Below are positions 1 to 7,960 of a stretch of 37,832 nt of DNA, piece by piece. Position 1 is the first letter of the stretch. Every line of letters starts with the position of its first letter. The position numbers and the translations under genes are program-made. The notes under the pieces are model-generated. The model saw only the letters and a list, made by a program, of their open reading frames with translations. It did not search any database and was not told the DNA's origin. Source of the DNA: a virus (Duplodnaviria > Caudoviricetes); the IMG/VR virus record IMGVR_UViG_3300017700_000436, positions 1 to 37,832 of that record. One strand, written 5' to 3'.

Positions 1-58
1 CCCTACTGAGGGCGGTACATCCTATGTGCGTGCATGGGCGCGCTGGCCTGGCTGGCAC
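1..58 (-). CDS. 5' end of a probable terminase-associated HNH endonuclease (HK97 gp74-like), runs off the window
   Basis: Manual translation from GTG at 58 gives MPARPARPCTHIGCTALSR..., matching the MPxRPxRPCxxxGCxxL start typical of HNH genes just before terminase. It lies downstream of the late promoter. Only 19 codons are visible. Confidence 0.55.
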   Translation of the reverse strand, partial: MPARPARPCTHIGCTALSR

Positions 59-59
59 C

Positions 60-245
60 TCAACCCCTCAACGCATCGATGGTGTCGAGCAGCTTCTTGT
101 TCGTGTCCAGCAGGGTGGCGATGTTGCCGTTCTGCAGGTCTACCAACTCCATGAGGTTGGCGAGCGTTTGCCCTACTACAGGGGGAAGGCTCTGCAACTC
201 AGCCTGCAGGGCGTTAGCGTCAGCGATGAATGCGCCTGCCTGCAT
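60..245 (-). CDS. small coiled-coil hypothetical protein (61 aa)
   Basis: ATG at 245 preceded by AAGGACACCACC RBS; heptad-like Leu pattern (LMELVDLQNGNIATLLDTNKKLLDTIDALRG). Confidence 0.7.
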   Translation of the reverse strand: MQAGAFIADANALQAELQSLPPVVGQTLANLMELVDLQNGNIATLLDTNKKLLDTIDALRG

Positions 246-499
246 GGTGGTGTCCTTGTAGGGCCGGCACGCCACCAGCATCCTGGGAGAGGCAGGTGTA
301 TAGCTGGTGGCGGTCGGTAGCGCACCGTTGGCCGCACGGGTAAGCGCTTGCGGTGAGCTATCAGCAGAGGGACAGCAAAGAAGGGAGCGCTGCCGGCTGA
401 TGTTTGCGCTCGGGGGAATGGTGCTGGGCTGCAGTCCCTTGCGGCATCAAGCCTAGAGGTGGAGGACTGAGCCCGAGCATTCGACCTGGCGCCGGAAAC

Positions 500-523
500 G
501 AAAAAGCCCTCGCATGGAGGGCT
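500..523 (-). terminator. intrinsic terminator (tR'-like) after the late promoter
   Basis: Minus strand AGCCCTC-CATGC-GAGGGCT followed by TTTTCGTTT, about 70-95 nt downstream of the predicted late start site. Confidence 0.8.
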
Positions 524-600
524 CTTATCTGAGCTTTACTGGCACCGCCGCCTCCATACATGGATGGGCTTCTCTTATGCCGGCGCTCAGAAGTTGCGAG

Positions 601-629
601 ATTATGCACAACTTGATTCGAGTTGTCTA
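601..629 (-). promoter_or_regulatory. late promoter (pR'-like) with putative Q-binding element
   Basis: Minus strand TAGACA-17 bp-CATAAT. Inverted repeat ACAACT-N7-AGTTGT (608-626) spans the spacer. Downstream of the Q-like gene and upstream of a terminator. Confidence 0.7.
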
Positions 630-1267
630 CTTCTTGCTTCTTCCGCCTCAGATTCTGTTGCGAAGTACCCGATGTACTTCTTTTTCGCATAGGCAACCCA
701 CGGCTTGGACGTACCTGGCATGGTGCAGTAAACGCCAGTAGTGTTTGCCTTCTGGTGATGCGTCTTCGCCTCTCTGGCGTTATCAGCATTCGAAACGATT
801 GCCACGTTGCCTATTTTGTAGGGCCCGACATCTCCGAACCTGCTCATGCAGTACTGCCCCTTGAACTTCCCGCGCTTCTTCCACATGCCCGAGTCCTTCC
901 AGATAGCCCACCACTCCGGCAAGTTCATCTCCCAGGCCACTCCGCGGCTCGCTGCATTCCGCTTTTGCTGAGAGTAGGCGTATCCGACCTTCTCTTGCGT
1001 CATTTCCCGACGTGTTGCCAGATCACAGCCCCATCGCTCATAGCACTTGGCATCTGCCGCCGAAACCTGCGCCGCCTTCTTCTCGGCGCTCTTGATGCCG
1101 TGGATTGCATGGTAGAGATCCAAGAGGCCCAAAGTGCTGAGCTTTTGAAAGATCCGCTGCCTGCACACTCCGCGCTGAACTGCGATCTGCTTCATGGTCA
1201 CCCCCGAGCGAAGCAATGGCTCCCACTGTTGCCGTTCGATAGCTCGCTTCTGTTCCCATTTACCCAT
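602..1267 (-). CDS. putative homing-type endonuclease: N-terminal HTH, HNH-like (T7 gp5.3-like) core, C-terminal AP2-like domain
   Basis: QKRNAASRGVAWEMNLPEWWAIW..RG...YCMSRFGDVGPY..GNV.IVSNADN core; TGVY...KPWVAY..KKYIGYFATESEAEEAR resembles AP2; GVTMKQIAVQRGVCRQRIFQ resembles an HTH. Confidence 0.7.
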   Translation of the reverse strand: MGKWEQKRAIERQQWEPLLRSGVTMKQIAVQRGVCRQRIFQKLSTLGLLDLYHAIHGIKSAEKKAAQVSAADAKCYERWGCDLATRREMTQEKVGYAYSQQKRNAASRGVAWEMNLPEWWAIWKDSGMWKKRGKFKGQYCMSRFGDVGPYKIGNVAIVSNADNAREAKTHHQKANTTGVYCTMPGTSKPWVAYAKKKYIGYFATESEAEEARSRQLESSCA

Positions 1268-1268
1268 C

Positions 1269-1652
1269 TCACACCTCTCTGTTGATAAGCATCTGCCGGC
1301 CATCGCGCACAAACATGGCGAGACCGTCCATCGTTGTCCCCATTGCCTGGCACATGCGCTTAGGGCTAACCGGCTTTACGTAGCTCCAGTTCAGCGCCGT
1401 GCGGTGCGGGCCTGGGAGCGCGGCCACAGCCTTCGCGACCTTCTGCGCGTCCATGCGGTCAACCGGATCGGCTCCGGCGTAGGCCAGATCCCCGCGAACT
1501 CGCGGCGGCGGGGGCGTCATGCGGAACATGGGGGAGGTCATGGGTGCGGTGGTTCCGTTGCACCATCGGCCCCAGTTCTGCAGGCGCCGGTCGATGTCCC
1601 TCTGATGAGGCTCGACGGCGTGGAAGTCGATGGTTTTGACCTTCATGAGCAT
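1269..1652 (-). CDS. late antiterminator Q-like protein
   Basis: IDRRLQNWGRW...DA..V.KAVAALP...RTALNWSY plus a C-terminal HTH; near the end of the early operon, ahead of a promoter-terminator pair; TAATG coupling with the upstream gene. Confidence 0.7.
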   Translation of the reverse strand: MLMKVKTIDFHAVEPHQRDIDRRLQNWGRWCNGTTAPMTSPMFRMTPPPPRVRGDLAYAGADPVDRMDAQKVAKAVAALPGPHRTALNWSYVKPVSPKRMCQAMGTTMDGLAMFVRDGRQMLINREV

Positions 1653-1864
1653 TACTTCCCCTTCCCGCTGATGTGGCGGACAACTCGACAATTTCCGAAG
1701 CCCAGTCCCACCCGAGCCGGGTCCTGCCCACCCGTCCGATAGACCCATGCCTGATACCGGGCGGCTTCGCGGGTCTCGAAAAGGCCGCGCTTGTGCCAAA
1801 CGTCGTCACGGCCGGCGCGGGTCTCTACGCGCCACAGAACCTTCGTCGAATCGATGCGGGTCAT
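1652..1864 (-). CDS. hypothetical protein
   Basis: 70-aa ORF with overlapping start/stop junctions on both sides. Confidence 0.7.
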   Translation of the reverse strand: MTRIDSTKVLWRVETRAGRDDVWHKRGLFETREAARYQAWVYRTGGQDPARVGLGFGNCRVVRHISGKGK

Positions 1865-2049
1865 GGTGTTGGGCCTTTCGTGGGGGTGGGGATGCCTTTG
1901 GCTTGCTCGGCGTAAGCGTCGTTGCAGTCAGGGCATGGCTTGCCGTCCACCTCGCCGTGGCCGCCGTTGCAGCAGTTGTTCCCGCAAGTGCCGCAGATCA
2001 GCACGTCGCGTTCGCAGTGGTCGCAGAATTCCCAGTAGTTCGCGGTCAT
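1861..2049 (-). CDS. small Cys-rich (zinc-binding) protein
   Basis: CDHC, CGTC, CC and CPDC in 62 aa; ATGA coupling at both ends. Confidence 0.7.
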   Translation of the reverse strand: MTANYWEFCDHCERDVLICGTCGNNCCNGGHGEVDGKPCPDCNDAYAEQAKGIPTPTKGPTP

Positions 2050-2357
2050 TCCTTGCCTCCTGTGGGGTGGGAGATGGAGCGGATGGCGACCAAGCAATCG
2101 TCACAACCCATCACCGCCTGGGTGTTGACGAGGATGTCGTATGCGGCGGCTCGTTCGTTGCATGCTTCCATCGCTTCCTCCAGCGCCTGCTGGCGGGATG
2201 CTTGCCAAGCGAGCCATGCAGCCTCCGTTCGGCCATAGACGTAATCGCCATCTGCCAGCATCTCTACGTCGTAGCGCGTAGTCGGCAACATGAAGCCGGC
2301 TGGGTCAGTTTTTGCGAACTCCTCGAACTTCTCGCGCGATGCTTCTCTATCGTTCAT
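2046..2357 (-). CDS. hypothetical phage protein
   Basis: SREKFEEFA...Y....TEAAWLAWQASR motif common in phage nin-region proteins; AGGAG RBS before ATG 2357. Confidence 0.75.
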   Translation of the reverse strand: MNDREASREKFEEFAKTDPAGFMLPTTRYDVEMLADGDYVYGRTEAAWLAWQASRQQALEEAMEACNERAAAYDILVNTQAVMGCDDCLVAIRSISHPTGGKE

Positions 2358-2365
2358 GCCTGCTC

Positions 2366-2656
2366 CTAGTGTTCGGTGGGCTGGAGCAACGCCAGCGCGT
2401 CGTCCAGCATGTCTTGCTCGGTGAAGCCGTAGTGCTTCGGGAATCCCTTGGTGCCCAGGCCGTGGACGCCTTCCGGGCCACGGTGGTGGTGGACGCACAG
2501 CGGGATCAGGGTCATGAATCCGCCCTTGCCCCAACCTTGGCCGGCGCGGAGGTGGTGCAGCTCGACTTCGGGCGTCGTGATCGCCCACAGCTTCTTGCAG
2601 CAGATGCAGCCGAGGTCGACCAGGCGGCGCTTGTGTTCTTTTTCGGCGCGGGTCAT
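2366..2656 (-). CDS. Ref-like (recombination enhancement) HNH nuclease
   Basis: LGCICC...ELHHLRAGQGWG......IPLCVHHHRG..GVH pattern. Confidence 0.75.
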   Translation of the reverse strand: MTRAEKEHKRRLVDLGCICCKKLWAITTPEVELHHLRAGQGWGKGGFMTLIPLCVHHHRGPEGVHGLGTKGFPKHYGFTEQDMLDDALALLQPTEH

Positions 2657-3291
2657 GCCTGCACCTCAACTCGCGGGAGCGTTCCATCCAGGAACTTGGC
2701 GACATCCTCATCGGTTCGGACAACAAAGATCGGGTAGCCGGCCCATTCTTTACACCACCGCTGTTGCGCAGGTGATAGACCGCGGCGCCCGTAGCTGGTC
2801 TTCGGGTTCTTGACCTCGACCAACTGAAGTTCGCCGGCATGCCAAACGAGAAGGTCAGGAACACCGAACATCGCCCTGGAAAGGTCCATGACTTTCGCAC
2901 CAGCCACCTCGAGCAATTCGACGACTCGGGCATGGTTCGAGTCTTTTTTGGCACTTGTACGCAATGGGAAACTCCAGGCTATGTTGCAGGCGCGTGAACA
3001 GAATCTGCGTTGCTTCTCGTAGCTGTGATAGATCGAACCGCATTGCTCGCACGTCTTTTCGGATGCGTTCTTGAAGCGCGGATTCGCTGAGCCGGACATG
3101 CGCCTCTTGTACGCCGCCGACATGCACTCCTTGGAGCAGTAGGTCTGCCGCTTCTGATGCACCGTGGCTCGGGCCTCCTTACCGCATTCAGCGCACTTCC
3201 AGCAGCCAGTCACCCGTGCCTGGCTTGCCAGCGCGGCCAGCTTCAGGTTTTGAAGAGAGGCCGCTCGATGGGCCGCCGACATCTCAGCCAT
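2653..3291 (-). CDS. VRR-NUC-like PD-(D/E)XK nuclease with two N-terminal Cys4 zinc modules
   Basis: GVPDLLV....LQLVEVKNP.....GLSPAQQRW; N-terminal CAEC..YCSKEC and CEQC..FCSRAC. Confidence 0.75.
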   Translation of the reverse strand: MAEMSAAHRAASLQNLKLAALASQARVTGCWKCAECGKEARATVHQKRQTYCSKECMSAAYKRRMSGSANPRFKNASEKTCEQCGSIYHSYEKQRRFCSRACNIAWSFPLRTSAKKDSNHARVVELLEVAGAKVMDLSRAMFGVPDLLVWHAGELQLVEVKNPKTSYGRRGLSPAQQRWCKEWAGYPIFVVRTDEDVAKFLDGTLPRVEVQA

Positions 3292-3691
3292 GTGCGTGCT
3301 CCCTCTGGTCAATCTCAACCCCACGGGCAGCAGCGACGGAATGGATGAATTCCAGCCAATCACTGAACTTGCCCTTGGGGAACTTGCTGGTACGGCTTCC
3401 GAGCATCACGACGCCGCCATCCAGGCCGCGGGCCAGGCGCACGGTTTCGCGGTGAAAGGCCGCGGTCAGCACGTCCTTCCACTCTTCGCCGTCCATCCAG
3501 ACCATTTCGCCGTCGACAGGCCATTGCAGTTGCTTGGCGAAGGCTTCGAGGATCGGCCACTGGGCGGCGTTCTGCTCCAGCGTGCGGCTTGGCTCCGACA
3601 CGACGACGCAGTAGCCCTCTGGCGCTTCCTTGACGCACTGGACGGCACCCTGGCGCGCAACCTGATGCACGAGGCGGAATACGCGCTTCAT
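3284..3691 (-). CDS. ninB: NinB/Orf-family recombination protein
   Basis: RTLEQNA..W.IL...AKQLQW...EEWKDVLTAA...GLDGGVVMLGSRTSK...FSDWLEFI signature. Confidence 0.85.
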   Translation of the reverse strand: MKRVFRLVHQVARQGAVQCVKEAPEGYCVVVSEPSRTLEQNAAQWPILEAFAKQLQWPVDGEMVWMDGEEWKDVLTAAFHRETVRLARGLDGGVVMLGSRTSKFPKGKFSDWLEFIHSVAAARGVEIDQREHAHG

Positions 3692-3832
3692 GTTCAATTC
3701 CCCCCGTTTTCTGTACACGTCGCACCGGAAATGTTCGATTTCTGGGCTTTTCTATGCATGTTCATCCCTCACCCCGCATCCATGCCTGCATGGCGTCTTC
3801 CTCAGCACCGACTGGCGTGTAGCCCATCCCGG

Positions 3833-4072
3833 TCACGCTTCGTCCGTTCTTTGCGGTGAGGGTGGCGGTGTAGAGGAGAGGTCCGGTGCCTTCTCCCCAG
3901 GCGCGGACTTCAACATGGCTTCCGTCAGCAGGCGGGGCAGATCGGCGTAATCCTTCGGGTTGCTCTCCGCCAGATACCCCGCCTTCGCCCAGCAATACGA
4001 CCGCCAGTACTCCCGCATCGGCGGAGCCATCAGCCCGACCAGATGCGCCAGTTCTATTTCTAGGTTGGTCAT
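3833..4072 (-). CDS. hypothetical protein
   Basis: 79-aa ORF, ATGA overlap with upstream gene. Confidence 0.65.
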   Translation of the reverse strand: MTNLEIELAHLVGLMAPPMREYWRSYCWAKAGYLAESNPKDYADLPRLLTEAMLKSAPGEKAPDLSSTPPPSPQRTDEA

Positions 4073-4539
4073 ACATGCGAAGCCTCCTGAGTGCGTGCAA
4101 TGGACATCCAGGCCATGTCTAGGGCTGGGCGCGACTCCAGCGCAGAACGGATGACAGATAAGGCCGGCATTACCCGTGCGTGGTTTCTGGGTCGGCCCCC
4201 TCGGCCCTCTGCAGCAGCCATCAGGCGGCGCTGCTCAATCCTTGCGACCAGTTCGGCGTTCACCCTGTCGCGGGCTTCGCGCTGCAGCCGACGAACTTCC
4301 TTCGCCTTGGCAAGCTTTTGCTCATGGGTCATCGGCGTGGAGGCCGCACGTTCCTTGCCCTTGGCTGTGATCTTGTAGCGCACCGGAATCGAAAGCACCG
4401 CGCCAGAAATCCGGCAGCAAGTTAGCGCCGACTCGACTTGCTTGGACGTGAGGCCCAGCTTCGCGTGAATGCTGTCGAAGGTATGGGCCTTGCCATCTGA
4501 AAGAAGCTCAAGCAGCCTCTTGGTGTTCTTGTTGTTCAT
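4069..4539 (-). CDS. winged-HTH-like hypothetical protein
   Basis: LLELLSDGKAHTFDSIHAKLGLTSKQVESAL...YKITAKG resembles wHTH; in operon. Confidence 0.65.
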   Translation of the reverse strand: MNNKNTKRLLELLSDGKAHTFDSIHAKLGLTSKQVESALTCCRISGAVLSIPVRYKITAKGKERAASTPMTHEQKLAKAKEVRRLQREARDRVNAELVARIEQRRLMAAAEGRGGRPRNHARVMPALSVIRSALESRPALDMAWMSIARTQEASHV

Positions 4540-4541
4540 GA

Positions 4542-4817
4542 TCAGAAGGGGCAGTCGTCGTCCATGCTCTCAATCCCCGCCGACGCACGCGGTGCAGGGG
4601 CTGGAGCGCGCGGGGCTGGTGCCGGGGCCGATTGCTGGTCTTTGCGCTTCACAGACACGCTGAAGAACTTGCCGCTCTTGCCTTCCTTCAGCCAGGCGTC
4701 CAGGAAGTACTCGACGCCGTCGACGTTGAGCGAACCCGTATAGCCCGGCTGGGTGTCCTTGGTCTTGCGGTCGTTCTTGAACAGGGCGCCGCGGTTGGTT
4801 GGGTCGTACTGGGTCAT
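4542..4817 (-). CDS. small single-stranded DNA-binding-like protein
   Basis: GALFKNDRK....PGYTGSLNVDGVEYFLDAW.K...GKFFSVSV beta core, Pro/Ala linker, acidic tip MDDDCPF like the SSB C-terminus; AAGGA RBS. Confidence 0.75.
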   Translation of the reverse strand: MTQYDPTNRGALFKNDRKTKDTQPGYTGSLNVDGVEYFLDAWLKEGKSGKFFSVSVKRKDQQSAPAPAPRAPAPAPRASAGIESMDDDCPF

Positions 4818-5026
4818 TTGGGGTCCTTGGTTGTTGTCGGGTTGGTGCGCCAGCCACAGCCAGCGCAGTTCTTGTCTGCTTCGCCTAATTCGGTCTTGCG
4901 GTACTCGCATTGCTGGCTCATCCGGAAGGGGATCTCGACCTTTCGGCGGGGGCCTGAGTCGTACCAGCCGTCCTGCGCTTGGAAGGAGGCGACATAGGGC
5001 GCACGGTTGTGGCAGCCGTAGGGCAT
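4814..5026 (-). CDS. hypothetical Cys-containing protein
   Basis: YGCHNR...C.Y......D..CAGC; ATGA overlap with the next gene. Confidence 0.7.
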   Translation of the reverse strand: MPYGCHNRAPYVASFQAQDGWYDSGPRRKVEIPFRMSQQCEYRKTELGEADKNCAGCGWRTNPTTTKDPK

Positions 5027-5035
5027 TGGTCCGTC

Positions 5036-5338
5036 CTATGCGCCGAGATGGAAAACACTGGTGCAGACCGTGCGCTTGGCGTACTGCACGGTCGTTTCGA
5101 CCTTGGGATGCACGATGGCCACGCGCTTCAGCACTTCGGCGCCGTGCTCGGTCAGCTTGTGCGTCAGCGGGCGGCGGCAATTGCCGATGCGCTCGATCTG
5201 CCCGGTGTCCTCAAGATGCCGAGCCCATTTCTCTACCGTGCGCTCGGCCATCCGCGAGCGAACGACGATTCCCTTGTAGGTCGTTGGGCCGGCCTGGTAC
5301 GCCTTCAACATGCGTTCGTGGGTGCTGGTCGGCATCAT
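5036..5338 (-). CDS. wHTH-like hypothetical protein
   Basis: ERTVEKWARHLEDTGQIERIG...LTEHG pattern; operon context. Confidence 0.65.
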   Translation of the reverse strand: MMPTSTHERMLKAYQAGPTTYKGIVVRSRMAERTVEKWARHLEDTGQIERIGNCRRPLTHKLTEHGAEVLKRVAIVHPKVETTVQYAKRTVCTSVFHLGA

Positions 5339-5586
5339 TTCTGGAACTCCGATTCATGGCGACGGCCCATGCCGTAAGAGCCGAACTGGATGTTCTCCAC
5401 CTGGTCGCGGCTCCACAGTTCCTCGCCGCTCACGTCAACAGCACATGTCGGCAGGCTCAGTGCAGGCGTGATCACCACGCAGTCACGCACGCCCGATGCG
5501 GTGTAGATCCGACCGGCTGCCTTGTCGGCAAGGTCGGGCACGTCACCATCGGTGGTGATCTTCAAAAGGATGAAATGGGTCTTCAT
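5335..5586 (-). CDS. hypothetical protein
   Basis: 83-aa ORF with ATGA coupling at both ends. Confidence 0.7.
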   Translation of the reverse strand: MKTHFILLKITTDGDVPDLADKAAGRIYTASGVRDCVVITPALSLPTCAVDVSGEELWSRDQVENIQFGSYGMGRRHESEFQK

Positions 5587-5720
5587 GCGATCACCTTTTC
5601 AATAACGACTGCCACAAAGCCGACGACGAAGGCGCCATATCCAAAAGACGGACGGCCGGTGGAAACCAACCAGTAGCCCATCAAGCTCCAGGCCAGCATG
5701 TAGATGTTTGCGTTGCTCAT
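5583..5720 (-). CDS. small membrane protein (45 aa)
   Basis: Manual translation MSNANIYMLAWSLMGYWLVSTGRPSFGYGAFVVGFVAVVIEKVIA; fills the gap exactly, with ATGA overlaps at both ends. Confidence 0.65.
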   Translation of the reverse strand: MSNANIYMLAWSLMGYWLVSTGRPSFGYGAFVVGFVAVVIEKVIA

Positions 5721-5899
5721 GCCGGCACCCAATAGAAGCCGACTTGAGTCGTTCCGTAGTAGCTGATGGCGTCACGCTCCCGGAGCGCAGCCAGCGTCTG
5801 TCTAGCGGCCTTCCTGGGCCATCCGGTTATCTCGACGAACTCCGACAGGCACAAGGGGCCGAGGGATAGCAGCTTCTGGGCTGCGTAGAGGCGGGTCAT
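5717..5899 (-). CDS. small HTH-like protein
   Basis: LLSLGPLCLSEFVEITGWPRKAARQTLAAL; ATGA coupling. Confidence 0.7.
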   Translation of the reverse strand: MTRLYAAQKLLSLGPLCLSEFVEITGWPRKAARQTLAALRERDAISYYGTTQVGFYWVPA

Positions 5900-6867
5900 G
5901 CTGCAAATCCAAGTTGTTCAGGAATGGGAGTGGCCGGCGCGAATAGCTGGCCCTGGTTGGCGCCTTGTTCGATCCGGCGCAGGGCGATTTCCATGTATTC
6001 AGGCGATAGCTCGCAACCGATGAATCGGAAGCCCTCATGCATGCACGCTTTGCCTGTGCTTCCGCTCCCCATGAACGGGTCGAGAACGACACCGCCGGGC
6101 GGCGTGACCAGACGGCACAGGTAGCGCATGAGGTCGGTGGGCTTCACGGTTGGATGCGTGTTGCCATCGCTGCGGTCGGCTTTGCTCGCCTTCGCTGCGT
6201 AGTAGAAACGCCCGGCATCCTGCGGAAACGCCGCGAGCACTTCATCCGAGCCGTCATGGATCAGGTTGGCGGGCCAGCGGCCGAACGTGTCGGCCTGATA
6301 TGACTCGTCGCCCATCGCGAATATTTGGCCGCCTGACTTTTTCACCTGCGCACGTAGGTGTGTGTTCTGGGCAAGCGTCCCGCCTTCGACGGTGACGTGC
6401 ATGACCCTGCATCCATCCACATTGATAGCGCCCGTGCCATGCGCCGACACGTTCGACGCCACGGTTCCGATCAGCGGCTTGCGCGCAACAACAATGGGCT
6501 CATGCGCAGGCTTGAGTGCGGTGCCCCACCCTTTCCAGTCGCCATCGAGGTTGTGAGACTTCGGGAACCCCGACCCGTAGACCCACATGATCTGGTCGCG
6601 GATCTCAAAGCCCGCATCCTCGATGGCGCAAACCATGCGGTGATAGGTGCGCGACCCACTAAATGCCAGGAGGTGCCCACCCGGCTTGAGGACGCGCAGC
6701 GCCTCGCGCCACATTTCCACGCTGTACGCAATGCCGCTGGCATCCCAAGTCTTGCCCATGAAGCCAAGTTCATACGGCGGATCGGTGACGATGCTGTCAA
6801 CGCTGGCGGCAGACATGGCGGCCATCGACGCGACGCAATCACCCAGATAGACGGCCGAATTGCTCAT
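5896..6867 (-). CDS. DNA N6-adenine/N4-cytosine methyltransferase (beta class), orphan
   Basis: Catalytic DPPY precedes HPTVKP and the SAM-binding motif VLDPFMGSGSTG. Confidence 0.92.
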   Translation of the reverse strand: MSNSAVYLGDCVASMAAMSAASVDSIVTDPPYELGFMGKTWDASGIAYSVEMWREALRVLKPGGHLLAFSGSRTYHRMVCAIEDAGFEIRDQIMWVYGSGFPKSHNLDGDWKGWGTALKPAHEPIVVARKPLIGTVASNVSAHGTGAINVDGCRVMHVTVEGGTLAQNTHLRAQVKKSGGQIFAMGDESYQADTFGRWPANLIHDGSDEVLAAFPQDAGRFYYAAKASKADRSDGNTHPTVKPTDLMRYLCRLVTPPGGVVLDPFMGSGSTGKACMHEGFRFIGCELSPEYMEIALRRIEQGANQGQLFAPATPIPEQLGFAA

Positions 6868-7160
6868 CGCTTTTCCTTGAACGCCGGGAGCCCAAGCTGT
6901 GCCCTGCCAGCCGGGCAGAGGTAGTTCGGATTGCGAAGGTCAGTGCCGACGAAGCCCTCGATGAACTGCTCCAACCTGGCAATCTCGCGCTGCTGTCCCT
7001 GCACTACGTCAAGCAAGTACCAGAACTCGTCAGGCGTGTATTCGCCCACTGCACTTGCGATACCTTCGCCATCCAGCTTTTCCCACTCCGTGATCTGCTG
7101 TTGCGAAGGCGGCCCGAATTCGTCGTAGGTAGGTCGATGATTCTTCTTTGGCACAGTCAT
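6864..7160 (-). CDS. hypothetical protein (98 aa)
   Basis: ATG 7160 overlaps the initiator stop (TGATG); ATGA overlap with the methyltransferase gene. Confidence 0.7.
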   Translation of the reverse strand: MTVPKKNHRPTYDEFGPPSQQQITEWEKLDGEGIASAVGEYTPDEFWYLLDVVQGQQREIARLEQFIEGFVGTDLRNPNYLCPAGRAQLGLPAFKEKR

Positions 7161-7960
7161 CAGTGCGCTCCTAGCTTTGGTTTGCGAAGCTCTGCCATGC
7201 GGGCGAGCATTTCGAGGGATGGGCCTTTGGTCAGGCGAGCGTCGTCGTCCAGCTTCTGCAAGGCGGGGTCGCGGCCGGGTGCGCTCGGGACGGTGACGCC
7301 GACTGCCGATGGCTTCGTCTTCGGCTCGAACACGCCAGCCCAGCCCGACTTGATCGAGTTGTTCAGCACGGTCACCGGGTCGTGCCCAGCAGCGCGGAAG
7401 CCTTCGAGGTCCTTCACGATCAGGCCGAGTGCATGCGGTTCGTTCTTCGCCTTCTTGCCCGCCCGGACCTTGCAGTACGCCGCCCAGGTATCGGATGGAA
7501 TCCATTGAGGCAAAACGAAAGCCGGGACGGCGGGCTGCGAAGCGGCCTTTACGTCTTCGCATACGGATACGGATACGGATACGTCTAAGTGCTCATCTGC
7601 TGGCGGTTGCGTAGCGTCTGCTGCGCAAATGCTTAGCGGGTCCGGGAACTTGCTTTTCTTCGCACGCACCTGCTGGCCGAAGTTCAGCACCTCTAGATAA
7701 CGCTCCCCGTCCTGAGCCGGGTACACCCTTACAAGGGCCGCGTCTTCGCATGCGCAAAGCCACTTCCCAATGTCCGAGTCGGAAACCTTAGTGAGTTGTC
7801 TCGGGTAGCAGCCAGCGCGAAGCAGGCCCAGATCCGCGTAGTAGCGTCCGAAGTCATCGACGACGGAGTGCAGGCGGCGATAGAACACCTCTTCCGGCCA
7901 CGCAAGCTTTGCAATGCGTGGGCTGGTCAGGATGCCTTCACGGATGATGCGGTTAGGCAT
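7160..7960 (-). CDS. phage replication initiator / replisome organiser
   Basis: MPNRIIREGIL.S...EEVFYRRL...DDFGR N-terminus, central low-complexity linker (VSVSVSV), C-terminal LP.WI...W..Y...R...K domain; lambda O-equivalent position. Confidence 0.75.
   Translation of the reverse strand: MPNRIIREGILTSPRIAKLAWPEEVFYRRLHSVVDDFGRYYADLGLLRAGCYPRQLTKVSDSDIGKWLCACEDAALVRVYPAQDGERYLEVLNFGQQVRAKKSKFPDPLSICAADATQPPADEHLDVSVSVSVCEDVKAASQPAVPAFVLPQWIPSDTWAAYCKVRAGKKAKNEPHALGLIVKDLEGFRAAGHDPVTVLNNSIKSGWAGVFEPKTKPSAVGVTVPSAPGRDPALQKLDDDARLTKGPSLEMLARMAELRKPKLGAH
7561..7583. repeat. (ATACGG)x3.8 tandem repeat in the initiator linker
   Basis: atacggatacggatacggatacg read directly from the sequence. Confidence 0.85.

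Noticed and set aside
2046-2954. ORF-track long versions of several genes (2046-2954, 4542-5180, 6864-7562, 25382-26062, 29180-30265)
   Set aside because: The 5' extensions overlap better-supported upstream genes; internal starts with RBS or stop/start coupling were used instead.
3688-3836. Two tiny minus-strand ORFs (23-24 aa) upstream of ninB
   Set aside because: Too short and featureless to support, although the overlaps are compatible with translation.
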